In this document: piece after piece, positions 31,591-42,999 of the stretch
How the letters are laid out: every line of letters begins with the position of its first letter
Numbering within the stretch: the stretch's first letter is position 1
NCBI GenBank assembly: GCA_965205675.1
Contig: OZ242186.1
Span: forward strand, 192,001 to 256,000
Length of the DNA stretch: 64,000 nucleotides
Direction: 5' to 3'
DNA from: Nitrosopumilus sp.
GTDB lineage: Archaea > Thermoproteota > Nitrososphaeria > Nitrososphaerales > Nitrosopumilaceae
Position numbers and translations under genes: made by a program
The notes under the pieces: generated by a model
What the model saw: the letters and a program-made list of their open reading frames with translations, nothing else
Told to the model about the DNA's origin: nothing
Databases searched by the model: none

Positions 31591-33330
31591 TTACCAGAAC
31601 AGCCACCAAGGCTTTGCAGTGGGTAGTTTTACAATTGTATACCTCGGAGCATAATTCTTTGCAATTTTTCAAAACAAATAGCAATACTTTTTGATCAGTA
31701 GTTAGAAATAATTTCATGGACATTACAAATGACGAGTTACTCCAGGCCTACAAAAAAGAAAAGTACGGTAAGAAAAAGGAAAGACTGCATGCAATGTGTA
31801 AGATTAAAATCAACGAATCCACAATTGCTGAAACTGCCAACCAAATGTTTTGTACCTACAACTCTGTAAGGAACTGGCTAGATTCATTTGAAAAATATGG
31901 ATTGGAGGGCCTGGAGGATCTCCCCTCGTTCTGGCCGTCCGCCATTAATTTCACACAAAAAATTACAAAAAATAGAGCGTACATTTAAGAAAATTTCAGA
32001 CGGCATGACTCCAAAAAAACTGATACAATTCATATTTTACAGAACACGCATTACATATCATATCACTCACGTGCGTCGTTTGATGCATAAATGGAATCTA
32101 AAACCAAAGGTTCCACAAAAACTACATGTACGTGCCGCATCCAAGGATGTATGTCGCAAGTGGAAAAACCGCATCATTTCACGCATAGAAAAGGCAAAAA
32201 AGAAAGGTTTTACAGTATTTATCCAAGACGAATCAGTATTTGTAGACGATGTACGTCTTGGCAAAAAATACTGGACAGATGCACACCAAAGATTAATTGT
32301 GCATTGGAGAGGATCACATCAAAGATTTTTGGTTTATGGAAATGATGATAATCAAAGTTTTTTTAGATCGTATGAAAAATTTAATTCAATTGCATTTATA
32401 GATTATTTGGAAGCAGCTCGTAGAAAATTTGGAAAAATATTTGTTATCGTCGATAGAGCACCGCAACACAAAGCTAATGATGTAAAAAAATATCTGCGTA
32501 AAAACAAAGATGTTAAACTGGCATATCTTCCAAGAGGTTCTCCACATTTGAGTATGATTGAAGAGATTTGGAGACAGTGCAAACATGTTAATGTTGAATC
32601 AGAATTTTATGAATCTATTCATGAAATGAGGTATACAGTTATGGAATATTTTAGAACGCACAAATTTAATTTGAATATGTATCAGTATTTTGCAAGAACA
32701 ATAAATTGAAAAGACTTATGATCTGGGGTATACACCATCAATTAGTTTTGTTCCAGGTCCACAAATACCAAACTTTTTCTCTTCTACAACTGGCTCTTCT
32801 AATCCAACTGCTTGATAAATAGAATCATACTCTGCAAAGTTATCATCAAACCATTTCTTGTAGATTGTCTCTGTATTATACCTGTCAACATAATTCTGTG
32901 GATCTTCAGTCTCATCTACAAATGATGCAATTCCTAATTCTTCAAGTTCTACAGGGGGTTCGGACTTTGGTTTGGGTATAGTCTGTGTAGGTATTGTCAT
33001 AACTGGCTTGTCTGAAATTGTTACTGTGATAGTTTCTTTATCTTCAAGTGGACCTGCCTTTACTATAATATCAAAAACATATTCTCCAAATTGAGTACTA
33101 GTTGGTGTCCAAGAAAATGCTTCTGTATCCTTGTTAATTATTGCACCACTTGGGTGTTTTTCTAAACTAAACTCCTCATCTTTAATTTCTGACTCTGTTA
33201 TGCTTGCTGTAAAAGATAATTTTTTGCCTTGATCTACTACTTTATTCCCAATCTCTTTCAAAACTAATTCATAATCTGGCAGTATACTTACAATTCCATT
33301 GTCATATTCAATTTTGATTACAGTTCCATT
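31591..33330 (-). pseudogene. Surface protein remnant (Ig-like domain plus thaumarchaeal ASFVD...YVDRY repeat), split by IS630 and truncated by MITE-A
   Basis: ORF 32716-33261 ends ICGPGTKLIDGV at the IS; probable tail TIVKLPTAKPWWLFW* at 31591-31639. Confidence 0.7.
31640..32730 (+). mobile_element. IS630-family element type A, copy 3 (+1 C frameshift near 31922)
   Basis: Nearly identical to copy 2; tcccc versus tccc splits the ORF. Confidence 0.95.
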
Positions 33331-33470
33331 AGACCTCTTGCGTAATTATAGAGATTTTTTCTCAAATTTTGTATTTTAACAGAATTCATACCTGAAAATT
33401 CAAATTTCTCAACCAATTTGAAAAATCCTGCAGCAAAATTCACGCCTAGAAATAATTACGCAAGACGTCT
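33331..33470. mobile_element. MITE-A, copy 2
   Basis: Reverse complement of 4504-4643; ATT on both flanks. Confidence 0.9.
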
Positions 33471-33533
33471 ATTAATGATGTTGAGAAAGAATTAAGAAAG
33501 TTAGGATATCTTTAGAATTGTTAGATTTTTAAC

Positions 33534-34676
33534 ATGACAGATTTTAAATCAAAATTCAAGGATGTTTTAGCCGTAGGGACTGGAAATATTTCTGCAAGTG
33601 CGATATCAGCAATATTTTGGCTATACATTGCTGCAATTTTAGGTACAGAGAAATATGGCGAAATTAGTTATCTGTTTGCAATTGCAAATATCGCATATGT
33701 TATAAGTCTTGTAGGTAGTGGTAATACAATTACTGTATTTACAGCAAAAGAAAATAAAATTCAATCTTCAATATATGCAATCGCTGTATTCTTAGGTGTA
33801 ATAACATCATTAGTGATCTTTTTCATTTTCAATAATGAAGCAATATCATTATACATTTTTGGTTCAATAATTTTTGCCATTGCAATTACAGAAATGCTAG
33901 GTAGAAAACTATTTCAAAATTTTATGAAAATTATAATTACACAAAGAATAATCATGACTATACTTTCAATTACATTATACTATCTTATTGATATACAAGG
34001 AATAATTTTGGGTTACGCAATTTCATTTTTACCATATTCAATAATTGTGTTTAAAGGAATGAAAAAAGAATCAATTACAATCACTAAAGTTAAACCAAAA
34101 ATTAATTTTATGCTTCATTCATATGCGTTAAATTTGTCTAGACAATTAAGTCTATCATTAGATAAATTAATTATTTTCCCATTATTTGGATTTACATTAT
34201 TAGGTAATTATCAACTTGGAATACAAGTACTGGCTATAATGACATTAATTCCAACTACAATATTTCAATATCTATTATCACAAAATGCAATTGAACACAA
34301 TAATAAAAAATTGAAAATTTTAGCTATAATTTTTTCAATAATAATAACAGTACTAGCAATTACATTAACACCATTTGTATTACCTATTTTCTTTGAAGGA
34401 TTTACAGAAGCAATTCAAATTACACAAGTAATTAGTTTGTCAGTAATTCCAATTACGATGACGGCAATTTTTAATTCTAAATTTTTATCACTAGAAAAAA
34501 GTAAATTTGTTTTCATTGGATCAGCAATTTTTGTCTCAACACAAATAATTGGTATATACATATTATCAGAATTGATGGGAATTATAGGTGCAGTATATGC
34601 GTTAGTAATTGCATCTATTTTCCAATCAATCTATTTAATAATTTCAAATAAAATAATTTTAAAAAATAATCTATAA
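33534..34676 (+). CDS. Polysaccharide flippase (Wzx-like)
   Basis: Multi-TM; LGTEKYGEISY and DKLIIFPLFGFTLLGNY motifs. Confidence 0.8.
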   Translation: MTDFKSKFKDVLAVGTGNISASAISAIFWLYIAAILGTEKYGEISYLFAIANIAYVISLVGSGNTITVFTAKENKIQSSIYAIAVFLGVITSLVIFFIFNNEAISLYIFGSIIFAIAITEMLGRKLFQNFMKIIITQRIIMTILSITLYYLIDIQGIILGYAISFLPYSIIVFKGMKKESITITKVKPKINFMLHSYALNLSRQLSLSLDKLIIFPLFGFTLLGNYQLGIQVLAIMTLIPTTIFQYLLSQNAIEHNNKKLKILAIIFSIIITVLAITLTPFVLPIFFEGFTEAIQITQVISLSVIPITMTAIFNSKFLSLEKSKFVFIGSAIFVSTQIIGIYILSELMGIIGAVYALVIASIFQSIYLIISNKIILKNNL

Positions 34677-34684
34677 TTAGAAAA

Positions 34685-37156
34685 TCACATAGAATTCATA
34701 AATGTTATAAAGTTCTTTTGGAAATTGAAAATATCGAATTTTTTCACATAAGATTGTAATGAAGGTAACAAATGATCAAAATTACCAGATAACGCATCAG
34801 ATATCTTTTGTCTTGCTTCATTAACATCTCCATCTAGATATCGTAATTCATTAAATGGAACAGTTTCTTTATGTCCTCCAACATCAGGCACAATTGGAAT
34901 ACAACCTGCTGCAATACTTTCAACAATAGAAATTCCAAATGTTTCTTTAGAACAATGAAAGTAAATCTTGGATTTGTTTATTTTTTCTACGACATCAGTC
35001 CGATCTAAATTTTTTGACAGATGAATTTTTTTGTAATTTCCAGTTTTAATTATATTTTCTAATTTTTTATAATAAAGAACATTAGATTTAGTCTTGGTGT
35101 TTCCAATAATATCATAATTGTAATCTAAATCTTTCATAACGTTAATTCCAAAATCATGGTGTTTTTCTGCAGAATATCGTCCTAAAGTAACTACAGTATT
35201 TTTCTTTTGAAACGGGTAGAATTCATTCAAAGTTACTGGAGGGTAAATAATTTCTGAGTTTTTGTTGTGTTTTTCTTTAATACTGTTTTGGATGTATTCG
35301 GAATTACTAATTAGATGTATTCTAGAATCATTGATGTTATAAATAAATTTTTGAATCATTGAATAATATAATTTGTAATACAACCCCCTTCTCAATCCTT
35401 TGTATTTTGTATCAGGATTGTCTAATTCATTTGTAAAATCTGCATGACAATAAACAATAATTTTTGTAACTGTCTAGAGTTTTGAAGTAAAATCTCCAAG
35501 ATATTCTAAAGAATAATCATGAAAGTTTAATCCTCGTAATCTGCATGTCTCCTTTATACTCATCAGTATCTTATGAGAATCAGCACCATGAATGGTTCTA
35601 TGACCGTTTGTAATTTTACGAATTATCACATTTGGTCTGATTGCCCTCTCTGCTGTGTTATTGTGTGAATCAGTTCCAGTAATTAGGAATGTAAAAAGCA
35701 TTTTTCTCTCACGTTTCAATCTTTTTACAAACCTGATACAGTTTTTCTCTGTGTATTTTTTTGATATGATGTGATTAATTCTCCTTTCAAGATTCTTTTT
35801 TGCATGGATTCTTTCTGATTCTGATTTTATTTTTGCCACACCATGAGAGTCATAAATTATTTTCTTGAGATTCTTGGCAAATGGTGCAAATTCTGGTCCG
35901 GGATTCTTGTGATTAATGGTATCATTAACCTCTCTGAGATAATGGATGTGACATTTCTGGTGAGTGCTTCCAACATGGTTCCATGCAGGGTACGAATCAC
36001 TTGTAATGTTGCCATCATATCCCTTGAGAATTCTCTTGGGAACATCCATTGAACGTGATTTGTCAATCTCGTAAATTACAGTCCATTTACTCACAAATGC
36101 CCACAACCAGTGGTTCTGGCCATCTATCCTCCAACTTGTCTCATCACCATGTATGTTTAGATCTTCTTTTAACTCTACAATCATTGTATCATATCTGCTC
36201 CCAAATGCTTTTGATACTATTGATACTGCATGATTAATTGCAGATTCTGTAATGTGCAGTGAGAAGAGCATCTGCAAAAGATGAGATATTTTACCATACG
36301 ATAATCCGATAGTTTTCAGTGATATGATTAGCACCATGAGCCTAATTCCAAACCTTTCATTTGACAGTACAGTGTGAATGTTACCTGAGATTTGTTTTTT
36401 GCAGTTTGTGCAGTATCGTCTAACTATCGTATATTTTGTCACAACTGCTTTTGCAGGAATGATGTCTTCTACTATTCTGGTGTATGAATCAGTTGGTTCT
36501 GAGAGTGATTTGCCACATGTGTTGCACTCTTTTTGGTCAACTGTAATGGCATCATCAATGTGTGCCCGTCTGCTTCTGCTTTTTCTAGGATGTCTTGATG
36601 TTTTCTTCTTTTTTGCAGTTTCAGTCTTGTTTGGTTTTGCTTTGATATTTCTTGCAACAAGTGTAGACACTGTTTGTTTTAGTTCTGCAATTTCTCTGTG
36701 TAACTGACGGTTTTCTTGCTCCAGCGAGCGACATCTGTTACGATAATATTCCAGCTCATCATATACTGACAATTGTATATTGTAATTTGTCACTGATCAG
36801 AAAAGATATAGATAAAAAATATTAAAGAAAGTACTTCAAAACTCTAGACAGTTACTAATTTTTTGATTTGAGTTTTTTGGAATTCCTACTCCTCCGGACG
36901 GTTGTATTAACAAATCTTCGTTTTTAGCTTTAGAAATTAATTTTGACTCCATTGCACGCTGAAGTAATCCAAAATATGGAAGAGAGATAGGGATTGTTTT
37001 TTTAATTTTTATTTTTTTAGATTTTATGTTAGGTTTAGAGAATGTATACAAAGTCACATTATGATCAGTTTGTTCTAACGCATCAAGAATTCCACGAAAT
37101 GTTTTTTCAATTCCTCCTCCTCCTCCTACAAATCCATGGATAACTCCAATATTCAT
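34685..37156 (-). pseudogene. GT4-family glycosyltransferase split by IS66
   Basis: N-part GGGGIEK (36856-37156); C-part GRYSAEK, ETFGISIVESIAAG (34685-35465). Confidence 0.85.
35466..36855 (-). mobile_element. IS66-family element with a single ORF (35474-36793)
   Basis: Perfect 24-bp TIR gtaactgtctagagttttgaagta; 8-bp TSD TAATTTTT; HGDETSW, QKCHIH, NNTAERAIR. Confidence 0.95.
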
Positions 37157-37204
37157 AATATGGAAAACTAAAATGAGGTTTTAAGGTCTTGGATTAAAAA
37201 ACTA

Positions 37205-38869
37205 TTACATTGTTGCTTGAGAAGCATCATGGAACATCTGACTCTTTGCACAACCAGCAGCAAGTTCATCACCTGCTCCACGTCTCATAAGACCTCTGTA
37301 CAAACCATCTTCTAGTTTAACACCTTCTCTTTCTTCCCATTCCTCTACAGTGATAGAGTATTTCTTTTGAATTCTATCTCTATACCATTCTGGAATTACA
37401 TTAAATGCACAGAATGGAACTATTCTAAGGTCTGGAGTTACATAGTGGATATCACATCTTTGTAGTCTTTCTAAATCTTCATTGTATTTGTCTTGAAAGT
37501 GCATCATACCAAGGAATAATCCTTTAACGTGCCATGAACCAACTGAATCAAATGATCTCTTCATCAAGATGTTACCAAACATCTTTGCCAAGTCTAATCC
37601 TGCTGGTTGTTTCTTTGTATCAACAAATCCTTTGAGTTTTCTAACAACCTCAAGCATTGTAAAATACTTGTTTTTACCAGAACGAATTTCTTCTGCTTTA
37701 TCTTCAAATAACTCCAGCATTCCTTGAATATCACAGAATTTTGTTAATGGAACAAATTTCTTTGTGTCTGCATCTTCAAAGATGTATGTTCCTGCACCAC
37801 AAGCAAAGTGAATTGATAATTCATACTTTGGTTTACTTGAGAATGCTTCAATTACATTAGTTAGTGGCATACAACTTGGGACTGGGAACCAATCATCAAC
37901 AGTTACTTCACCATTTGTTTGCTCTTCAATTCTTTGAACACAATCAGGAACTGTAATTCTATATTTTTCACGTTCAGATTTGCCCATCCTTCCAGTTAAT
38001 GATACCGGTTGAAAATTAACTGCATGAACTACATCCATATTCTTTTGTGCATATCTAATAATTCCACCTAATTCATGGTCATTAATTGATTTGATTACTG
38101 TTGGAACAAATACTACAGTGGTACCTGTTTTTCTACAACTATCAAGTGCATAAGGAATTTCCCAATGATTCTTTGGGTTTGTTCTTGCAGTTACACCATC
38201 AAATGAAAGATACAAGTTATTACATCCAGCAAGTCTAACTTCTCTTGCAGCTTCTGGATCCATTGCATGTCGGATACCATTAGTATTCATTTGAATATGG
38301 TCAACTCCTTCTTCTTTCATAATTTGAATAACATCAGCAATATCTTCTCTAAGCATTGGTTCACCGCCAGTGATTTGCATGGAGTTTCCTGGAATTGGTC
38401 TCTCAGCTCTTAGAGTCTTCATCATACCTCTAACTTGGGTATGATCTGGTTCGTACATGTAAGCGCCTTCAAGACCTTTCTTTACATAAAAGAAACAATA
38501 CCAACATGTTAAATCACATCTATTAGTTACAATCATGTTTGCAAGTCCACTGTGTGACAAGTGATTTGAACATAAACCACAATTATTTGGACATGAACAT
38601 TTGTCAATCATTACATTTGGAGCATGAGCACCTTTACCATCCATCCAGTATGTACTGAATTTCTTGTACATTTCATAAGAACCAAAATATAATTCCTCAC
38701 ATTCACCGTGAGTTGGACAAACTTTTGACATGAAGACTTGACTATCTCTCTCAAAGACTTCAGCATCTAGAATCATGTTACAATCAGGACAAATACTTTG
38801 AGTGAATCTAATTGTAGATTTTTTACCTAAATTTTTAGTTGATTGATTGGATATCTGAATTAATGCCAT
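37205..38869 (-). CDS. tes: Radical SAM tetraether lipid synthase (Tes/GDGT-MAS family)
   Basis: N-terminal CPDC...CPTHG, CPNNCGLC, TNRCDLTCWYC, C-terminal RCDIHY...PFC. Confidence 0.85.
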   Translation of the reverse strand: MALIQISNQSTKNLGKKSTIRFTQSICPDCNMILDAEVFERDSQVFMSKVCPTHGECEELYFGSYEMYKKFSTYWMDGKGAHAPNVMIDKCSCPNNCGLCSNHLSHSGLANMIVTNRCDLTCWYCFFYVKKGLEGAYMYEPDHTQVRGMMKTLRAERPIPGNSMQITGGEPMLREDIADVIQIMKEEGVDHIQMNTNGIRHAMDPEAAREVRLAGCNNLYLSFDGVTARTNPKNHWEIPYALDSCRKTGTTVVFVPTVIKSINDHELGGIIRYAQKNMDVVHAVNFQPVSLTGRMGKSEREKYRITVPDCVQRIEEQTNGEVTVDDWFPVPSCMPLTNVIEAFSSKPKYELSIHFACGAGTYIFEDADTKKFVPLTKFCDIQGMLELFEDKAEEIRSGKNKYFTMLEVVRKLKGFVDTKKQPAGLDLAKMFGNILMKRSFDSVGSWHVKGLFLGMMHFQDKYNEDLERLQRCDIHYVTPDLRIVPFCAFNVIPEWYRDRIQKKYSITVEEWEEREGVKLEDGLYRGLMRRGAGDELAAGCAKSQMFHDASQATM

Positions 38870-38987
38870 ACCTATAATTGGAATTTTTCTGAGATAGTAT
38901 ATAATGCATTACATACTTGCCCTATGGTGGAATTTAGGAAGTAGGCACACCTGATTTAAATACCAAAACTGATCGATTAGATCGCAT

Positions 38988-39755
38988 ATGAGTATATCTG
39001 ATAAAACACAGAAGGCATTAGAAAAAATTGGACTTACTAGTTATGAAATTCGAACATTTTCTGCTTTACTCAAATCAGGAGAATTAACAGCATCAGATCT
39101 TAGCCAAAAATCAGGAGTTCCATATTCAAAAATTTATGAAGTGTTAGGAACTCTAGAAGAAAAAGGGTGGATTGGATCAGATGATTCAAGACCTACAAAA
39201 TATTTTGCAAAATCTCCATCTACAGGATTAGATACTACAAAACAAAAAATGGAAACAGATTTTTCACAGAATCAAAGTGTAATTCTAAATGAACTAGTAC
39301 CACTATACGAGAAAAGTGGGACAAGTGAAAGACCAGATATTTGGGTATTATCAGGTGCAGTTAACATTGCAACGAAAATTTTAGAAATGGTAGAAACATG
39401 TAGAAATGAAGTAATGATTGCATTACCAGAAGCAGGAGTAGAACTAGTAAAACAAGCATTACCAAAATTAAGATCACTTCATGACAAAGGAGTAGAAATT
39501 ACGATTTTAACATCAGATAAAATGGATAAAGAATCAATCAAGGCAATCAAAAGAGTATCTAAAGTAACAATCAAGAAAGGATTATTTGGAGGAGGCATAA
39601 TTTCTGATAAGAGATATGTTGTGATTCTACTAGGACCAGAAATAGGAGGAGTAAATTCTTCAGAAGTGGTTGCAATATGGGCAGATCATGCAGGATTAGC
39701 CAGATTTGCACGCCAATACTTTGAATATTTATTAAAAGATTCCAAGAAGGTATAA
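38988..39755 (+). CDS. TrmB-family transcription regulator
   Basis: GLTSYE...SGVPYSKIYEVL...RPTKY. Confidence 0.9.
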   Translation: MSISDKTQKALEKIGLTSYEIRTFSALLKSGELTASDLSQKSGVPYSKIYEVLGTLEEKGWIGSDDSRPTKYFAKSPSTGLDTTKQKMETDFSQNQSVILNELVPLYEKSGTSERPDIWVLSGAVNIATKILEMVETCRNEVMIALPEAGVELVKQALPKLRSLHDKGVEITILTSDKMDKESIKAIKRVSKVTIKKGLFGGGIISDKRYVVILLGPEIGGVNSSEVVAIWADHAGLARFARQYFEYLLKDSKKV

Positions 39756-39756
39756 C

Positions 39757-40206
39757 ATGGATGCATTGGATGAAGAAACTCTTTTTGTAGGTACTGCAGA
39801 AGCAGAACATGTAGAAATGTATCTTAAAGCAATTTGGCATATCAAAGAAAGAGGAGAAGACGTAAAAATTAGTACTATTGCAAAGATGCTAAATGTTAGA
39901 CAACCAAGTGTTGTTCAGATGCTCAAAAAATTAAATCTAAAAAACCTTGTAAATTACAATAAAGCAGGTGTAAAACTTACAGAAGATGGGGAGAAGATAG
40001 GTGCAAGTATGATGAGAAATAGTAGATTGTTAGAAGTTCTCATGGACAGTGCATTAAAAGTAGAGGTTGATGAAGAAATGGTTTGTGGAATTGAACATCA
40101 TATGAATAAACAATTTACAGATGCTCTTTGTGTAATGTTAAAGCATCCAAGAAGATGTCCACACGATCATGAAATTCCAATGGGTGAATGTTGTAAATCA
40201 GGATAA
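39757..40206 (+). CDS. DtxR/MntR-family metal-dependent regulator
   Basis: EMYLKAI, PSVVQMLKKL, IEHH, CPHDHEIP. Confidence 0.9.
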   Translation: MDALDEETLFVGTAEAEHVEMYLKAIWHIKERGEDVKISTIAKMLNVRQPSVVQMLKKLNLKNLVNYNKAGVKLTEDGEKIGASMMRNSRLLEVLMDSALKVEVDEEMVCGIEHHMNKQFTDALCVMLKHPRRCPHDHEIPMGECCKSG

Positions 40207-40256
40207 CTAAAACTACATCCCAAAAGATATATCATCTCAAAAAATTATATTCAAAC

Positions 40257-40421
40257 ATGACATGTTTTTGTGGCTGTAAAACATATGAAAAAAATGAAAA
40301 TGGATTTAAAATTGCATGTATAAAATGCGGACATGGACCACAAAATCACAATGATGAATTTAGAGATGCAGCAAGAAAGAATGAATCACAAAGTCAGAAA
40401 CGTGATGCAGATTTTGGATAA
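40257..40421 (+). CDS. Small Cys/His-rich protein (54 aa)
   Basis: Manual translation MTCFCGCKTY...ACIKCGHGPQNH... Confidence 0.6.
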   Translation: MTCFCGCKTYEKNENGFKIACIKCGHGPQNHNDEFRDAARKNESQSQKRDADFG

Positions 40422-40975
40422 TTATTTGCCAATGATTTTAATTAAAACCCGTTTTGATCTTTTTCCATCAAATTCATCATAAAAAATTTCTTCCCATGGT
40501 CCAAAATCTAATTCACCATTAGTTATAGCAACTACAACTTCTCTTCCCATTACTTGTCGTTTTAGATGTGCATCAGCATTATCTTCACCTGTGTTGTTAT
40601 GATCATATTGTGTGGTAGGTATAGCGAGAAGCATAAGTTCATGAGTTATTTTTTAGGTGTTTCAATTTGTTTATTCGTATTTACCTATAGGTAAGATCAA
40701 TTGATTTCTAGTTTTTTGAAATTATTTAGTTCGCGAACTTTATCTTTTCGCTATACATGTGGAGCTAATTCTTCTAACCATTTTTCATAATCATGTAATA
40801 ATCCACTTTCATTATCATTAATGAAAACACTTGTTGTGATATGCATAGCATTTACAAGACAAAGACCTCCTTGGATCTTACTTTTTGTTACTGATTTTCT
40901 TACGTTAGAAGTAATGTTAAGAAAAGATCTTCTAGTTTTGACTTCAAAAGTCAAATATTCAGTTAGAGGTTTCAT
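40422..40975 (-). pseudogene. yjbQ: YjbQ/UPF0047 protein interrupted by MITE-C
   Basis: [27 protein letters not shown]; removing MITE and TA restores the frame PHV-PTTQYDH. Confidence 0.88.
40622..40753. mobile_element. MITE-C (132 bp) with TA duplication
   Basis: Imperfect TIR tagcgagaagcataagttc / gaactttatcttttcgcta. Confidence 0.85.
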
Positions 40976-41053
40976 ATTTTAATAATTATCATCATTAATT
41001 AAAATCCTAATGCAGGCTCAGAACTCAAGATCCTCATCATCAATCAAAGGGAT

Positions 41054-41563
41054 ATGTACATCATGGCCTGCAAGGCATATTTCAAGCATATTACTATTGA
41101 GTCTTTCAAGAAGCTTGATAAATGGCCAATAATTGGATCATTCAAAATGGTTACAATAGATACTCCTGCATCATTGGAAAGTTTTAGAAGATTTGTCATT
41201 TCAAGTACATGTAAATCTTATGCACCAAGAGCTTATTTAGAAGATTTTGAGGTCTTTGCAGAAAGAGAAGATAGTCTTGGAGCAATTTATGTAGAAGCAG
41301 CTGATAAAGTTACTTTGAAAAAAATTAGAGATATTACATTTGTTAATGGAAAAGATGTCTTGGGAATTATCTATAATTCAAAGAGTGGAAACACTTCTCT
41401 AAAATGGAGACAAATTAGAAGAAACAATGGTAAAGTTACAGGAGAAGCATCTGCAAATTCTTTAACAAATCTATCCGAATCAGGTGTTCTTACTTTGGAA
41501 TGGGTTGAAAATTATCTAAAAAAGAAATCAGAAGAAACAAAAACTGAAGAAACTACAAGCTAA
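41054..41563 (+). CDS. Hypothetical protein (true start possibly MVTIDT at 41147)
   Basis: Open frame in typical codon usage upstream of pelota. Confidence 0.7.
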   Translation: MYIMACKAYFKHITIESFKKLDKWPIIGSFKMVTIDTPASLESFRRFVISSTCKSYAPRAYLEDFEVFAEREDSLGAIYVEAADKVTLKKIRDITFVNGKDVLGIIYNSKSGNTSLKWRQIRRNNGKVTGEASANSLTNLSESGVLTLEWVENYLKKKSEETKTEETTS

Positions 41564-41595
41564 ACTCTTTTCTTTTTGTAAATTGGATTAATATT

Positions 41596-42648
41596 ATGAT
41601 TACAAAAGAGATAGATGAAAATTCAATATCGGTCATACCAGAAGATTCTGAAGATCTTTTGAATTTACGTCGGATTATTAAAGAAAATGATAAAATAATT
41701 GGTGATACTACAAGAGTCCTAAAACAAGACAGGGATTACTCAAGACCGGATAAAGGAGAAAGAATTAAAGTTAGAATTGCATTAACAGTAGAAAAAATCT
41801 CACTTGATGATGTCTTAGATAGATTAAGAGTTGGAGGTATAATTTCAGAATCAAATAATGAATCAGTTCCACATGGTTCACATCATTCTTTTATTTTAAA
41901 ACTTAATGATGGAATTACAATTTCAAAGAAAAAATGGATGCCAATTGAAAAAAAACTTTTAGAATCTAGTAACAATCAAGTTAGTTTTGTATTAGTTGCA
42001 ATTGATACAAGTGATGGTGGAATTGCAAGATTAAGAGGTACACATTTAGAATTTATGCCAAATATCTATTCTGGTTCGGGTGGAAAAAGATACAAAACAA
42101 ATTTCAACATTGGAAAATTCTTTGAACAAATACAACAAGCAATATCAACTATTTTCAAAGAAGGAGATACAATAGTAGTTTTTGGTCCTGGTGAAACAAA
42201 GAAAAGATTTGCAAATTTTATTGAAAAATCACAAAAACTTCAAAAATATCAAATTCAAGTTGTAGATGGAATTGATTCCGGTGGAGAAGATGGAATATAC
42301 ATATTTACAAAATCTCAAACAATGCAAGAAATAATGTCAGATAGTAAATTAGCCAAAGTATCATCCATTATTGATGAGGTAATGATTCTTGCAAACAAAA
42401 CAAGTAGAAAATTTACTATGGGGTATAATGAAACATTTAACGCAAATCAAATGGGGGCAGTCGAATCACTTGTATTTTCTGATAAAGCAATTCAAGAAAA
42501 TGATGAGCAAGAAATAATGAATTTTTTAAATGATGCAGAAAATAAAGGGGTAAAGATTTTCAGTGTTGATTCATCTACAGATATTGGTCTTAGAGTGTCA
42601 GGCTTAGGTGGAATAGTTTCTTTGTTAAGATATGCAGTAGAATCCTAG
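41596..42648 (+). CDS. pelA: mRNA surveillance protein pelota
   Basis: PEDSEDLLNL, RLRVGG, GSHHS, GLGGIVSLLRY. Confidence 0.92.
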   Translation: MITKEIDENSISVIPEDSEDLLNLRRIIKENDKIIGDTTRVLKQDRDYSRPDKGERIKVRIALTVEKISLDDVLDRLRVGGIISESNNESVPHGSHHSFILKLNDGITISKKKWMPIEKKLLESSNNQVSFVLVAIDTSDGGIARLRGTHLEFMPNIYSGSGGKRYKTNFNIGKFFEQIQQAISTIFKEGDTIVVFGPGETKKRFANFIEKSQKLQKYQIQVVDGIDSGGEDGIYIFTKSQTMQEIMSDSKLAKVSSIIDEVMILANKTSRKFTMGYNETFNANQMGAVESLVFSDKAIQENDEQEIMNFLNDAENKGVKIFSVDSSTDIGLRVSGLGGIVSLLRYAVES

Positions 42649-42956
42649 GTTATAGATTCAACTAACCAATTCAGATATGATTTGTTAATTGAATTGACAT
42701 CAATTTCTACAATTTCAGGAACATCATATGGATGAGTTTCTTTAATTTTCTTTTTCAATAAAGTTTTGTTTTTTGTTATTGTTTTGAATATAGCAAAATA
42801 TTCTGATGTATTTTCAACTTTATCCTTCCAAGAATAAATTGAAGAAATTTTAGAAATATTAACACATGCAACGATCCTATTTTTTATAAGTTCATTTGCA
42901 ACTTTAGAAATTGATTTTTTATTAGGATATGTAGAGATAATTATTACTGGTTTCAT
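42645..42956 (-). CDS. cutA: Divalent cation tolerance protein CutA
   Basis: VACVNI, SIYSW, HPYDVPEI. Confidence 0.92.
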   Translation of the reverse strand: MKPVIIISTYPNKKSISKVANELIKNRIVACVNISKISSIYSWKDKVENTSEYFAIFKTITKNKTLLKKKIKETHPYDVPEIVEIDVNSINKSYLNWLVESIT

Positions 42957-42999
42957 AGTAAACGATAAATGTCCGTACTTAAAAAAATTAATAATTAGG

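Noticed and set aside
10678-31930. Programmed frameshifts or phase variation at 10723, 21572, 24320 and 31922
   Set aside because: No canonical slippery or long homopolymer motifs; mutation or sequencing error cannot be distinguished without reads
29530-32730. Composite transposon of two direct IS630 copies carrying thioredoxin
   Set aside because: Copy 3 splits a resident gene whose probable tail (KPWWLFW*) lies at 31591-31639, so the copies look like independent insertions around core genes
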